Shown in pieces: positions 8,107 to 17,106 of a DNA stretch of 37,383 bases. The stretch's first letter is position 1. The number at the start of each line of letters is the position of its first letter. Source of the DNA: Paludibacteraceae bacterium (GTDB taxonomy: Bacteria; Bacteroidota; Bacteroidia; Bacteroidales; Paludibacteraceae); contig JAZQSZ010000121.1 in the NCBI GenBank assembly GCA_045630365.1, positions 1-37,383 on the forward strand, given 5' to 3'. Under the pieces are notes generated by a model. That model worked only from the letters and a program-made list of their open reading frames with translations. It searched no databases and was not told where the DNA came from. The translations under genes were made by a program, and so were the position numbers.

Positions 8107-8466
8107 TTATTCTTTATATTTTGATCGTAGAGCAGATAGTTGTCTTGCTATACAATCTATTTTCTCTTCGATTTTATTATATTGTTCTTGTGTTAGATAT
8201 CCAAGTTCTACTGACACGTCCAATTGACTATCCACCTCCATCATAGATGCATACGCAATTCCAAGGAAGTGAGTTTTTTCTTTGTCCGACATCCTATTCA
8301 TGCCTTCGGCTATATTAGATGTAATAGATATCACAGCTCTACGTATCTGATCACATAGTGCATATTTCTCTTCAGTTGGAAAAAGTTTCAGCAGTTTGTA
8401 TACATCCACCACCAAACTCTTTGCATCTTGATACACATTTAAATTCTTGTACGAATACTTATTCAT
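8107..8466 (-). CDS. four-helix-bundle protein (23S rRNA IVS / Avd-like family)
   Basis: 119 aa. KLFPTEEKYALCDQIRRAVISITSNIAEGMNR. Flanked by inverted heptamer arrays at 8028-8100 and 8467-8750. Confidence 0.9.
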   Translation of the reverse strand: MNKYSYKNLNVYQDAKSLVVDVYKLLKLFPTEEKYALCDQIRRAVISITSNIAEGMNRMSDKEKTHFLGIAYASMMEVDSQLDVSVELGYLTQEQYNKIEEKIDCIARQLSALRSKYKE

Positions 8467-8750
8467 TATCCTTGTTAATATAAATTCTACACTCTACACC
8501 TTACACCCTACACCTTACCCCTACACTCTACACCTCTCCACCCTACACTCTACATTCTACACCCTACACTCTACACCCTACACCCTACACCCTACACTCT
8601 ACCCCCTACACCCTACACTCTACACCCTACACTCTACACCCTACACTCTACACCCTACACTCTACACCCTACACTCTACACCCTACACTCTACACTCTAC
8701 ACCCTACACTCTACACCCTACACTCTACACCCTACACTCTACACCCTACC
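8467..8750. repeat. long CTACACY heptamer array (about 40 units), right flank of 4HB gene
   Basis: Near-perfect alternation of ctacacc/ctacact over about 280 nt. It is the reverse complement of the 8028-8060 arm. Confidence 0.95.
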
Positions 8751-9900
8751 CCCGTTTCAACAATTTTACTCCTATTTTTCCAATCCAATATAGTAGTGGT
8801 TTGCGAACGCAGAGGAATCTGCCATGCTCCACTAGTTCGCCTCCGAACTTCGCTTTAAAATCGCGCACACCGTAGGCTTCTTCGGGTTTACCGGCTCCCA
8901 TCATATCAAATATCTTACATCCGTTTTCCGCTGCATATTTGATACCTAAGTAGGTAGCGTAGGTCGATGGATAGATATGCGGATATACGCCATCTATGCC
9001 ACAGGCAAACCATTCGTAGAGGGCTTTGCCTTTGAGTTCCATGCAGACTGTTCCGCCGACTATTTTACCTTCTAGCTCTGTGAGAATAAACCGCGCATCG
9101 GGGCAGCGATAGAGTTGCTCAAACCATTCCCAACGGAACAATGGTGTCTTGACTTTGGTCTTGTATAGGTCCAGGAGAATATCGTAGTAGGCACGTACTT
9201 GCTCTATGGTAGGTTGATATACGGGAGTCACGCCATCGCGGATGGTGGTGCGTATGTCACGCTTACGACTTTTGCCTAGGTTCTGGTCCACCACCTCAGG
9301 TGAGGATGTATCCACATGGAAGTTCAGGTGGGGTTGGTAGGCGTAGCCGTTGGTTTCAAACACTGACTTCCAACGACTATAGTCGTGGAAGTTGCGTGTT
9401 TCTATGTAGATTGGTGTAGGGCGTAGGGCGTAAGGCGTAGAGGCAGATGTTACAGCTCCGCTGTTTTCATTGCCTTTACACTCTACACTATACACTCTAC
9501 ACTCAGCAACTGCTTTCATCAGTGCTGATAAAGCAGTTGCGCTAATATCCTCTGCCAATAATGGTCCACCGATGATGATAGCGCGGCATGTAAGGTATTG
9601 CTTGATTGTATTAGTTTCTTTCGTGATATACCCGACGCATACGCCTTTGAGAGATGGTGTATGGGCGGATGATTCAACTTCGTTGGTTTCATTGCCTATA
9701 GCCCATTGCCCATTGCCCATTGCCTCTGAGTCGCACTCTTGCGACTCTACCACTCCCACCGCAAACGGCATCATCTCGCTAACAGAGACATAGAATTTAT
9801 ATGCTTCTGGTGTTTGAAACCATGTAGCAGTCGCAGAACTTTGAACAAGTTCCTGCCATTGTTGTTGGTCAATTTGTTCGTATGTTAGTATTTTTACCAT
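8746..9900 (-). CDS. FemAB-like / GNAT-fold peptidyl- or aminoacyl-transferase-like protein
   Basis: 384 aa. The length and C-terminal segment (YEWFACGIDG, DFKAKFGGELVEHGRF) resemble FemAB/BioF2-like acetyltransferase families; the function call is tentative. It carries two in-frame palindromic-element insertions. Confidence 0.55.
   Translation of the reverse strand: MVKILTYEQIDQQQWQELVQSSATATWFQTPEAYKFYVSVSEMMPFAVGVVESQECDSEAMGNGQWAIGNETNEVESSAHTPSLKGVCVGYITKETNTIKQYLTCRAIIIGGPLLAEDISATALSALMKAVAECRVYSVECKGNENSGAVTSASTPYALRPTPIYIETRNFHDYSRWKSVFETNGYAYQPHLNFHVDTSSPEVVDQNLGKSRKRDIRTTIRDGVTPVYQPTIEQVRAYYDILLDLYKTKVKTPLFRWEWFEQLYRCPDARFILTELEGKIVGGTVCMELKGKALYEWFACGIDGVYPHIYPSTYATYLGIKYAAENGCKIFDMMGAGKPEEAYGVRDFKAKFGGELVEHGRFLCVRKPLLYWIGKIGVKLLKRG
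9412..9503 (-). repeat. in-frame palindromic element (arm-core-arm) inside FemAB-like CDS
   Basis: Arm ggtgtagggcgtagggcgtaaggcgtagagg, core cagatgttacagctccgctgttttcattgcc, arm tttacactctacactatacactctacactc. Encodes ECRVYSVECKGNENSGAVTSASTPYALRPTP. Confidence 0.8.
9652..9724 (-). repeat. in-frame palindromic element inside FemAB-like CDS (GCCCATT arm)
   Basis: The core atgattcaacttcgttggtttcattgcc is followed by tatagcccattgcccattgcccattgcc. Encodes AMGNGQWAIGNETNEVESSAH. Confidence 0.7.
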
Positions 9901-9904
9901 CGTT

Positions 9905-10325
9905 TTGATTTATGTTTTATAACAAAAATACGCTCCGTTTCACTCCGCTACAAAAATATACAAAAATCAGTTGTTATATTTTAAGTCAAGAATGTTAAGA
10001 ATAGTTATGAATACCTATTGTTATATTTTGTCTTTGCATATAGGAAGCAACCCGTTGCTTAAGTATGCAAAACAAAATATTTTCTATATCTGCGTAACTT
10101 TTTTGTTTGTAGTCACCAATGCAGCATGCATTCTTATGACTAAAAACAAAAATATGTTCTTGATTTTTAATTATTTTTATAGGCATCTCTAAGATGCCGT
10201 ATTTATGTTTCTACCCTGATCTTTGTTTAACAAAAATGATCATGTATATTCTTATTAATTCTTAAAGCGTAGCGTATTCTTGACTAAATAAGTGTTTAAC
10301 AAGAATGTTATGAATAGTTACCTAT
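9905..10325 (+). repeat. intergenic repeat family B, copy 3
   Basis: Same module order as 6290-6875. Confidence 0.8.
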
Positions 10326-10385
10326 AGTCAATAGCCCATCGCCTCTACACCCTACACTCTACGCTCTACACCCTAGACCCTACAC
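10325..10385. repeat. heptamer array at 3' end of GT4 gene
   Basis: cctatagtcaatagcccatcgcctctacaccctacactctacgctctacaccctagaccctacac. Supplies ESVGSRV plus the stop. Confidence 0.8.
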
Positions 10386-11412
10386 TTTCATATATTTCTA
10401 CAAGGCGACTTGCCACTTGTTCGTTAGAGAGTCCCATTTCAATAATTTTCTCTCGACCATTAGTCTTGCCTTCGAATGCGATGGCTTGAAGTAGTGCTTG
10501 CGCAATATCCTTTGGATCACGAGATGGAACCACATAACAGCCTTCCACTCCACTCGTTCGTTCTGCCACATCGCCTACATCCACACTCACGATTGGACAT
10601 CCGCATGCCATGGCTTCTTTGATCACTTGTGGACTACCTTCTGTCTTGCTAGTCATGAGTAGCGCATCGCAATTATACATCAACGCATTTACCTGATCAC
10701 GATTATATCCTTTGAGTTCGATGAGGTTGATGGGGCGATTGTATTCATCGTCTATTGCCCATTGCCTATTGCCCATTGCCAATAGCCCATTACCCATAGC
10801 CGAATTATAACAAGCAATTGCCTCTTTTGCAAGTTCTGGATCCTTCACCGCATTGTCAAACGCACCTGCAAATAGTACATTTTTAACATCTTTGCTCAAT
10901 ACGCTCTGGACCCACTGATTAAGAGTCAGTAGTCCTACCAACTGATTTTGCATTTCGCTCCAAGGTCTTGGAAGGTTTATGCCGCAGGGAAGAAGGGTGC
11001 TACGCTTTTGGGGGCAATTGCCCATTGCCCATTGCCCATAGCCCATAGCCAACTCAACATTCTTCTTAGATACAAAGATATTATGCGCAGAAAGGCGCAT
11101 AGCTATTTTGGAGATGCGCAGGATACTGGGCACATTGATATCGCTTCCATGATAAGTAGTCACTACAGGTGCTATACGTTGCAGGTTTGCTAATAATCCG
11201 CATAGTCCATAGTGCGCATGGATGATATCAGGGCGTTCTGCACGGATAAAGCGTCGTAGTGCAGGTAGCTCACGCAGGTAGCCGATGATACCTTTGCCGG
11301 TTACGCCATAGCGTACTATCTGCACGCCGCAAGCCTCAAGGGCAGCGATCTGCTCCTCGATGAAAGGCACGAAGTGACCGCCTTTGTCGGATGCTATGAT
11401 TAGGAGTTTCAT
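10366..11412 (-). CDS. glycosyltransferase family 4 (GT-B)
   Basis: 348 aa. C-terminal GT4 signature TSKTEGSPQVIKEAMACGCPIVSVDVGDV. Two in-frame GCCCATW-repeat insertions give peptides AMGNGLLAMGNRQWAI and AMGYGQWAMGN. The start overlaps the stop of the upstream 4HB gene (ATGA). Confidence 0.85.
   Translation of the reverse strand: MKLLIIASDKGGHFVPFIEEQIAALEACGVQIVRYGVTGKGIIGYLRELPALRRFIRAERPDIIHAHYGLCGLLANLQRIAPVVTTYHGSDINVPSILRISKIAMRLSAHNIFVSKKNVELAMGYGQWAMGNCPQKRSTLLPCGINLPRPWSEMQNQLVGLLTLNQWVQSVLSKDVKNVLFAGAFDNAVKDPELAKEAIACYNSAMGNGLLAMGNRQWAIDDEYNRPINLIELKGYNRDQVNALMYNCDALLMTSKTEGSPQVIKEAMACGCPIVSVDVGDVAERTSGVEGCYVVPSRDPKDIAQALLQAIAFEGKTNGREKIIEMGLSNEQVASRLVEIYESVGSRV
10729..10801 (-). 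repeat. in-frame GCCCATW heptamer insertion in GT4 CDS
   Basis: gatggggcgattg...attgcccattgcctattgcccattgccaatagcccattacccatagcc. Confidence 0.7.
11010..11050 (-). repeat. in-frame GCCCATW heptamer insertion in GT4 CDS
   Basis: ggggcaattgcccattgcccattgcccatagcccatagcc. Its junction ttgcccccaaaa resembles the 3' junction of the 4HB gene at 11409. Confidence 0.7.
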
Positions 11413-11798
11413 TTTTGGGGGCTATTGGCGATTGGCGATTGGCTATTGGTTCGTTGAGATTTTAAGGAACGAATCATTTTACCTATCGAATTTATTTCTA
11501 CATCTAACATTTGTCTCATTTCCTTAGATATGTAACCCAAATCTAGCGAAATATCCAATTGACAATCAATTTCCATTAAAGAACCATATGCTATATCCAA
11601 GAAGTGAGCTTGCTCCTTAAGTGCTGTACGAGATAAACCTTCTGCGATATTGGAAGGAACTGATATAACAGCCCTACGCATTTGATCCCCCAACGCATAC
11701 TTTTCTTCTGCAGGAAAATGTTTTAACAAAGCATATACCGTCACAACTAATTGCCGTGACTTTGCGTATACATCTAATTTTTTATAACTATTGTTCAT
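11409..11798 (-). CDS. four-helix-bundle protein (23S rRNA IVS / Avd-like family)
   Basis: 129 aa. KHFPAEEKYALGDQMRRAVISVPSNIAEGLSR. The C-terminal tail TNSQSPIANSPQK is encoded by the heptamer arm. Confidence 0.9.
   Translation of the reverse strand: MNNSYKKLDVYAKSRQLVVTVYALLKHFPAEEKYALGDQMRRAVISVPSNIAEGLSRTALKEQAHFLDIAYGSLMEIDCQLDISLDLGYISKEMRQMLDVEINSIGKMIRSLKSQRTNSQSPIANSPQK
11413..11450. repeat. heptamer arm, left flank / C-terminal tail of 4HB gene
   Basis: tttgggggctattggcgattggcgattggctattgg. Confidence 0.8.
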
Positions 11799-11811
11799 AT
11801 ATTCTTTGTCT

Positions 11812-11908
11812 TAGCACCTATAACCCATCGCCCATAGCCAATTGCCCATAATCACCAATCACCCATAGCCAATAGCCAATCGCCCATAGCCAATAGCCCG
11901 AATGATTT
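11812..11908. repeat. heptamer arm, right flank of 4HB gene (inverted relative to 11413-11450)
   Basis: cctataacccatcgcccatagccaattgcccataatcaccaatcacccatagccaatagccaatcgcccatagccaatagccc. Confidence 0.85.
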
Positions 11909-11922
11909 AATCGCTTTATCGA

Positions 11923-13455
11923 TTAAATCATTCCCCGTCCTGCGAGTTTAAACCAGTTCCACGCCACCGCCGCAATAAACATCAGCACGCACCAATACCT
12001 GAAATACTTCTTTATCCATGGGTATTGATTCATAATGCTTATACCATACGCTGAAAACATCAGCGATAACGGCAATATCGGCTGGTGAAACCTCTCAGAC
12101 TGAGCAAAATTGGAGAAAACAAGCACCACGAGATATCCAATCAATACCGCTAACGGCAACACATGTTGTCGCCATTTACCACTAAAGAGTAACACAAATA
12201 GTGCCATAATGGTAAAGTAGGAGGTAATATTTTTCACGAAGTTACCCCCATGAATCATCATTTGATTCTCTTGTCCAGGAATATCATTCATGGTAGGAAA
12301 TGGAATGGTAAAAATCATCGGCGCAAATACGGCAGCACCTGCGTATTTGGCAAACTTTTGTGTCATACCTTGACCCACATCTCGCTCTGCTCGCCACTCC
12401 ATATTTGCGTGTTGTTCCGTACCGCGTCTCTCCCACATAGCAGTCACTTCTTGACCGATACCACTACTTGTTAGAAACATTATTACCATAAATATTCCTG
12501 CTGCAATAGATAATACAATACGCTTTCCCCATCCTACTACTCGTCCCGTTGTAAACAACAAAGCACAGAAGAAGGCCAACACTAAAGTTGCACCTAATGC
12601 TGTACGAATCATAAAGAGGAATAGCGGAATTAGCATCAATGCGGCTGTAGGAAGCAAAGTTAGTTTACCCTTGCGCAACAAGAAATCCGCCCGCTCAACA
12701 AATAGCATAGCTAAAAATACCATCTCCACCTCCTTGAGTTGGAAAGAACAATAGTAGATTAGGTTAGGCATCAGCATGCAAAATACACCTGCCATTCGAC
12801 CAGTACTTTCTCCAAAATTTCGAGATGCAACTTTATATATCAGTACTGCAGTCCATGCACTCAATGCGGCTTTGATAATACGTGCGATTAAGATACTATC
12901 GCCAAATATCCAATAGATAATACTAAGATATATCGGATATCCCATATCGGAAAAAGTAGCATTAGAATAATTGATAATTTCTGTATATAGTTTCCAATTT
13001 CCATCTCTAATAAGACTCGCACCATAATGTCCTACTTCGTTATAAAAAAGTTCATCTGCAGCACCAATAGAAAATGGTGTTCCAGTCCATTGGTTATAGA
13101 GGAGATACGAAAGAAGCACCCATACTACACGTATGGCAAAAGCACTCCAAAAGAGTTTCTTAGCAAATGTTACAGAGCGAAGGTTTATCCATAGTTTGGT
13201 TTGTTGATTGGCAAAATAAAAGAATCCTGCTACACTTACCATTCCAAATACCCACCATTTCCAATTGAGAATATGTCGGCTATACAATAAAGTACAACCG
13301 AAGATTGCCGCAAAATAGGTAATTATGGCTGTATTGGTTATTGAGTGAGGAACAAAGCCTACCCCATCGCAAAAGCCCCTCCTAAATCCTCCCCTAAAGG
13401 GAAGGACTTTATTGTCAGATGATATATTTGGACTATTTGGTAATGAATTGTTCAT
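11923..13455 (-). CDS. polytopic membrane protein, GT-C/ArnT-like or polymerase-like (function uncertain)
   Basis: I prefer the start at ATG 13455 (MNNSLPN), which forms an ATGA overlap with the upstream GT32 stop. It has many hydrophobic segments and sits in the glycan locus. The family call is weak. Confidence 0.6.
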   Translation of the reverse strand: MNNSLPNSPNISSDNKVLPFRGGFRRGFCDGVGFVPHSITNTAIITYFAAIFGCTLLYSRHILNWKWWVFGMVSVAGFFYFANQQTKLWINLRSVTFAKKLFWSAFAIRVVWVLLSYLLYNQWTGTPFSIGAADELFYNEVGHYGASLIRDGNWKLYTEIINYSNATFSDMGYPIYLSIIYWIFGDSILIARIIKAALSAWTAVLIYKVASRNFGESTGRMAGVFCMLMPNLIYYCSFQLKEVEMVFLAMLFVERADFLLRKGKLTLLPTAALMLIPLFLFMIRTALGATLVLAFFCALLFTTGRVVGWGKRIVLSIAAGIFMVIMFLTSSGIGQEVTAMWERRGTEQHANMEWRAERDVGQGMTQKFAKYAGAAVFAPMIFTIPFPTMNDIPGQENQMMIHGGNFVKNITSYFTIMALFVLLFSGKWRQHVLPLAVLIGYLVVLVFSNFAQSERFHQPILPLSLMFSAYGISIMNQYPWIKKYFRYWCVLMFIAAVAWNWFKLAGRGMI

Positions 13456-14174
13456 TTTACAATTTTTCTCTTTATTTGTATTAATAGATTCATCAATTCT
13501 CTTACTATCCACCAATTATGTATACCGCCCTTCTTACCATTAACCCAACTTCCTGTAAAGCGGTGAATACAATAAGTGTTTTTAGTTTTGCGCATGACTC
13601 GTGTAGACGTAAATGGCGAGAAATAATCATGTGTATATACGCGTAATCCCCATTGAGGTAAGTATTGTATCTTACGTTCATGCAAGAGACCACCTTCCAC
13701 CATCTTTGCACCCATTCGTTGTACATTGGTAGTCATATCCAAAGTACCATCCTCTCGCACAAATTTAGCATCCTCATAGGTAGATAGCATATCCTTTATC
13801 CATTGGCAATGCGCCTCACAACCCATCACGCAAGTTCCTGGCAATAATGCTAATGATTCTTCAAGACCAATAAATGCTGTATCGCCCAACATCGGATCAA
13901 AAGAACGTAATACCTCTACATCTGTATCTAGGTACACTCCACCCTCTTGCTCTAATGCCCATAGACGGACGTAGTCGCTTACGAAAGCATATTTCTTAGC
14001 TGCATATGCCTCTTGAACATAAGCAGGTGCATCGTCAATGGCAAAGTTCTCCTCGTTCCATAGTCGATACTTCCAATCAGGCATATGCTCGTGCCATGAT
14101 GCAATACATCGCTTCACTAGCTCCGGCATTTCGCCTCGCCCAAACCAGCAGTAATGGATTATCCTGGAAACCAT
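13452..14174 (-). CDS. glycosyltransferase family 32-like (Gly_transf_sug / OCH1-like, DXD)
   Basis: 240 aa. IIHYCWFGRGEMPE, AFVSDYVRLWALEQEGGVYLDTDVEV (DXD). Confidence 0.8.
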   Translation of the reverse strand: MVSRIIHYCWFGRGEMPELVKRCIASWHEHMPDWKYRLWNEENFAIDDAPAYVQEAYAAKKYAFVSDYVRLWALEQEGGVYLDTDVEVLRSFDPMLGDTAFIGLEESLALLPGTCVMGCEAHCQWIKDMLSTYEDAKFVREDGTLDMTTNVQRMGAKMVEGGLLHERKIQYLPQWGLRVYTHDYFSPFTSTRVMRKTKNTYCIHRFTGSWVNGKKGGIHNWWIVRELMNLLIQIKRKIVK

Positions 14175-14305
14175 GGTAATTTACAATTAAACTATTTACG
14201 ATTTACAATTTGGTTATTTAAACTTTGCGAGACAACATCTTCTAACGCGCTAATCCCCAAACTCTCTAACGTTTATCTCACTTCTAACTTGTAACATCTA
14301 TCTCT

Positions 14306-15427
14306 CTAACTTCTAAACATCCCCATCACCTTTTCTATAATTGGTGCCATATCGTAATACTTGTATTCGGCTAATCGTCCGCCGAAGATGACATTTGTTT
14401 CTTGGTCGGCGAGTTGTTTGTATTGCTCGTAAAGTTGCGTATTGCGTTGGTCGTTGATTGGATAAAATGACTCCATGCCATCTTGCCACTCGGTGCTATA
14501 CTCACGGCTGATGACAGTCTTCGGATTGTCATACACCGCCTGACCAAACGACTCGAAATGCTTATGCTCAATCACTCGGGTATAAGGCGTTTCACGGTCG
14601 GTATAGTTAATAACAGCATTGCCCTGATAATTGGCAGTATCTATCGTTTCCGTTTCAAAACGCACAGTGCGGTAATCCAATTTACCAAAGCGATAATTGT
14701 AGTACTCATCAATCTTACCAGTAAAGACAATCTTATCGGCGATGGCTTCCCATTTTCCACGGTCAGCAAATAAATCAGTATCAACCAATGTATCCACACC
14801 CTCTAGCAGCCCCTCAATCAGTCGATTATATCCGCCAATAGGTATACCTTGGTAGGCATCGTTGAAGTAGTTGTTGTCATACACCATACGTACTGGCAGA
14901 CGGCGGATAATGAACGCTGGCAGTTCGGTGCATGGTCTGCCCCATTGTTTTTCTGTGTAACCCTTGATGAGTTTTTCGTAAATATCCTGTCCTACTAGAC
15001 AAAGCGCTTGTTCCTCTAGGTTCTGCGGTTCACGCCCATTGAGTGCGGCTAGAGCGGCTGCTTTTTGTTCGGCTATTTTTGTTTCTGCCTCGGCAGGTAT
15101 GATTACTCCCCACATTTGGTGGAAAGTATTCATATTAAATGGCAGGTTGTACAATTCGCCTTTGTAGTTCGCTACTGGGCAGTTGGTGTAGCGATTGAAA
15201 GGCACGATACGATTGACAAAATCCCATACTTCTTTATTATTAGTATGGAAGATATGCGCACCGTACTTGTGCACATTGGTACCTTCTACTTGCTCGCAAT
15301 ACACATTCCCACCTAAATGTGAACGTTTTTCTATCACGAGACAGCGCTTGCCTGCTTTATGCGCAAAATGCGCAAAGGTTGCTCCGTAGAGTCCTGAACC
15401 TACTATGAGATAGTCGTATTTTGGCAT
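14306..15427 (-). CDS. glf: UDP-galactopyranose mutase
   Basis: 373 aa. FAD-binding N-terminus YDYLIVGSGLYGATFA, then GGNVYCE and HKYGAHIFHTNNKEVWDFV, all typical of Glf. Confidence 0.92.
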   Translation of the reverse strand: MPKYDYLIVGSGLYGATFAHFAHKAGKRCLVIEKRSHLGGNVYCEQVEGTNVHKYGAHIFHTNNKEVWDFVNRIVPFNRYTNCPVANYKGELYNLPFNMNTFHQMWGVIIPAEAETKIAEQKAAALAALNGREPQNLEEQALCLVGQDIYEKLIKGYTEKQWGRPCTELPAFIIRRLPVRMVYDNNYFNDAYQGIPIGGYNRLIEGLLEGVDTLVDTDLFADRGKWEAIADKIVFTGKIDEYYNYRFGKLDYRTVRFETETIDTANYQGNAVINYTDRETPYTRVIEHKHFESFGQAVYDNPKTVISREYSTEWQDGMESFYPINDQRNTQLYEQYKQLADQETNVIFGGRLAEYKYYDMAPIIEKVMGMFRS

Positions 15428-15438
15428 AAATTAAATAG

Positions 15439-17106
15439 TTATTCTAATATTTTTTTAGATTTTCGACAATATAAAATACAATCATCCTCCTTGGGACTTG
15501 GTGAGTTAACTATATACATATCAAATTCATTGGGCCAACCCCATGGCTGCATGGAAAGATCTTCGTCAATAAATGGTGATTCCCATTCATTCATCATCAT
15601 AAAATCAGGTTTCAGCATTTTACTCTTGTCAAAGAAATGAAATTGTTTTGATTGATGAAAATTTGACGAAAGGATCCCTTCTAGAGCATATACTACTCCA
15701 TATTCGGGACCTGTCGCAAAAACAACCGACTCGTTAGGTTTGTATCCATACTGACTTACAATATGTTGTATATCATTTAGATATCTTACCTGCTGTTCTG
15801 TGAGAGCTATCTCCTTAATCTGTTCGCGTCCTGTAGTGAAATGATGTCTATCATCACGCATTACGAAATCTATTCCCACTACCTTTGTTAAATAGAATAG
15901 TGCAACTGCTATGATGCCTATTTCAATTTTATTCCTTTGCAGTATAGATGCGAACCGTTCAGTGATTAGCCAATATATAATCCAACTCATCACAAACATA
16001 TGTATTCTCCCATCAAATCCTGTATTCGTTCCTACAGATGCTATTACTGGATATGCAATTAAAAATGTATAGAGTAAGCCGTTATCCTTTATTAACTTCT
16101 TTATATTAGACCAACCATTATATAGCGCAGGAATGACAAATATTGTAGAACAAACAAGCGCTACCGTCATATAATCTGGTACATAATGAGCAATCAAGAT
16201 TAAACATAATGCATAGATCAGCATGGATAAATAATTATTCTTTATATGTAGCAATTCAGATACAGCATAAGCCCCAACATAACATAACATACATACAAGC
16301 AAACTACGGATCAATCTACCAAAAGCAATTATTATCTTTGTTGGAGTATAACCCAAACCTGTTTTTGTGAAATATTGCGCAGTTTCTTGCATTGCATTAA
16401 TAATATCTGAAAGGTCATAGATAACATAGTGGATATACAGCAACGCAATAACTACACCTCCTACCCCTAATGCGATATGTATGATAAGCGTTTTACCATT
16501 ACGATAATATTTGAGGATACTAATCAATGCATAACTCACCAATACTAAAGATGCTCCTGGAAGTATAACAAAACAACCTAACATAGCAAATGTTACAGAG
16601 AGAGCGAAACATAAGTATGACACCCATCGAGTATGCACATACCAATATAGCAAAAAGAGGCACAATGATATGTTTAACAAGAAACCATGAATGGGCACAT
16701 AATTAAGTCCTGTCAGTATATTACATGCAACAGTGTGATAAGCGATAAATAATACTGTGTACACTAATGCAAAATATTTGATGAAGCGTTTTTTGTCTTT
16801 TTTAATGACACAAAGCGTGATCGTTGCAAAAACACTTGACGCAAACATCAAAATCCAAGATGCGATATGCGAATGAACCTTGTTTGTTAAATCTAGATAC
16901 GGAAACCAATCTACTGCAAAAAAGTTCCATTGCGATTTACCAGTTAGGATTCCATCTAATGCTTCTTCAGCTTTTAATAAAAAATATCCTTGGTCATACG
17001 CAGTACAAAATCCATGGCGAAATAATACAAAGCCACAATATGTAAAGCCCGCCATTAATAGAATAAGTAACAAATATATCCAATCCTTTTTCAAGATATC
17101 TTTCAT
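15439..17106 (-). CDS. large polytopic membrane protein (candidate GtrC-like/GT-C glycosyltransferase or polymerase)
   Basis: 555 aa, with more than 10 hydrophobic segments followed by a soluble C-terminal domain. Overlaps the upstream GT2 by 4 nt. Function is inferred from context only. Confidence 0.6.
   Translation of the reverse strand: MKDILKKDWIYLLLILLMAGFTYCGFVLFRHGFCTAYDQGYFLLKAEEALDGILTGKSQWNFFAVDWFPYLDLTNKVHSHIASWILMFASSVFATITLCVIKKDKKRFIKYFALVYTVLFIAYHTVACNILTGLNYVPIHGFLLNISLCLFLLYWYVHTRWVSYLCFALSVTFAMLGCFVILPGASLVLVSYALISILKYYRNGKTLIIHIALGVGGVVIALLYIHYVIYDLSDIINAMQETAQYFTKTGLGYTPTKIIIAFGRLIRSLLVCMLCYVGAYAVSELLHIKNNYLSMLIYALCLILIAHYVPDYMTVALVCSTIFVIPALYNGWSNIKKLIKDNGLLYTFLIAYPVIASVGTNTGFDGRIHMFVMSWIIYWLITERFASILQRNKIEIGIIAVALFYLTKVVGIDFVMRDDRHHFTTGREQIKEIALTEQQVRYLNDIQHIVSQYGYKPNESVVFATGPEYGVVYALEGILSSNFHQSKQFHFFDKSKMLKPDFMMMNEWESPFIDEDLSMQPWGWPNEFDMYIVNSPSPKEDDCILYCRKSKKILE

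Noticed and set aside
8447-8875. 142-aa plus-strand ORF (LHSTLYTLHPTPYT...). Similar ORFs lie at 6893-7117, 2780-3004, 2838-3086 and 9470-9793.
   Set aside because: These are translations of heptamer or 22-nt tandem repeats, or antisense to real genes. The periodic low-complexity peptide is an artefact of the repeat.
9941-9965. Promoter inside the family-B repeat (TAttTTTG box on the minus strand upstream of the FemAB-like gene).
   Set aside because: Only a -7-like box is present, with no correctly spaced TTTG. The same sequence occurs at 4570 where it would fire antisense into a gene end, so a promoter role is unsupported.
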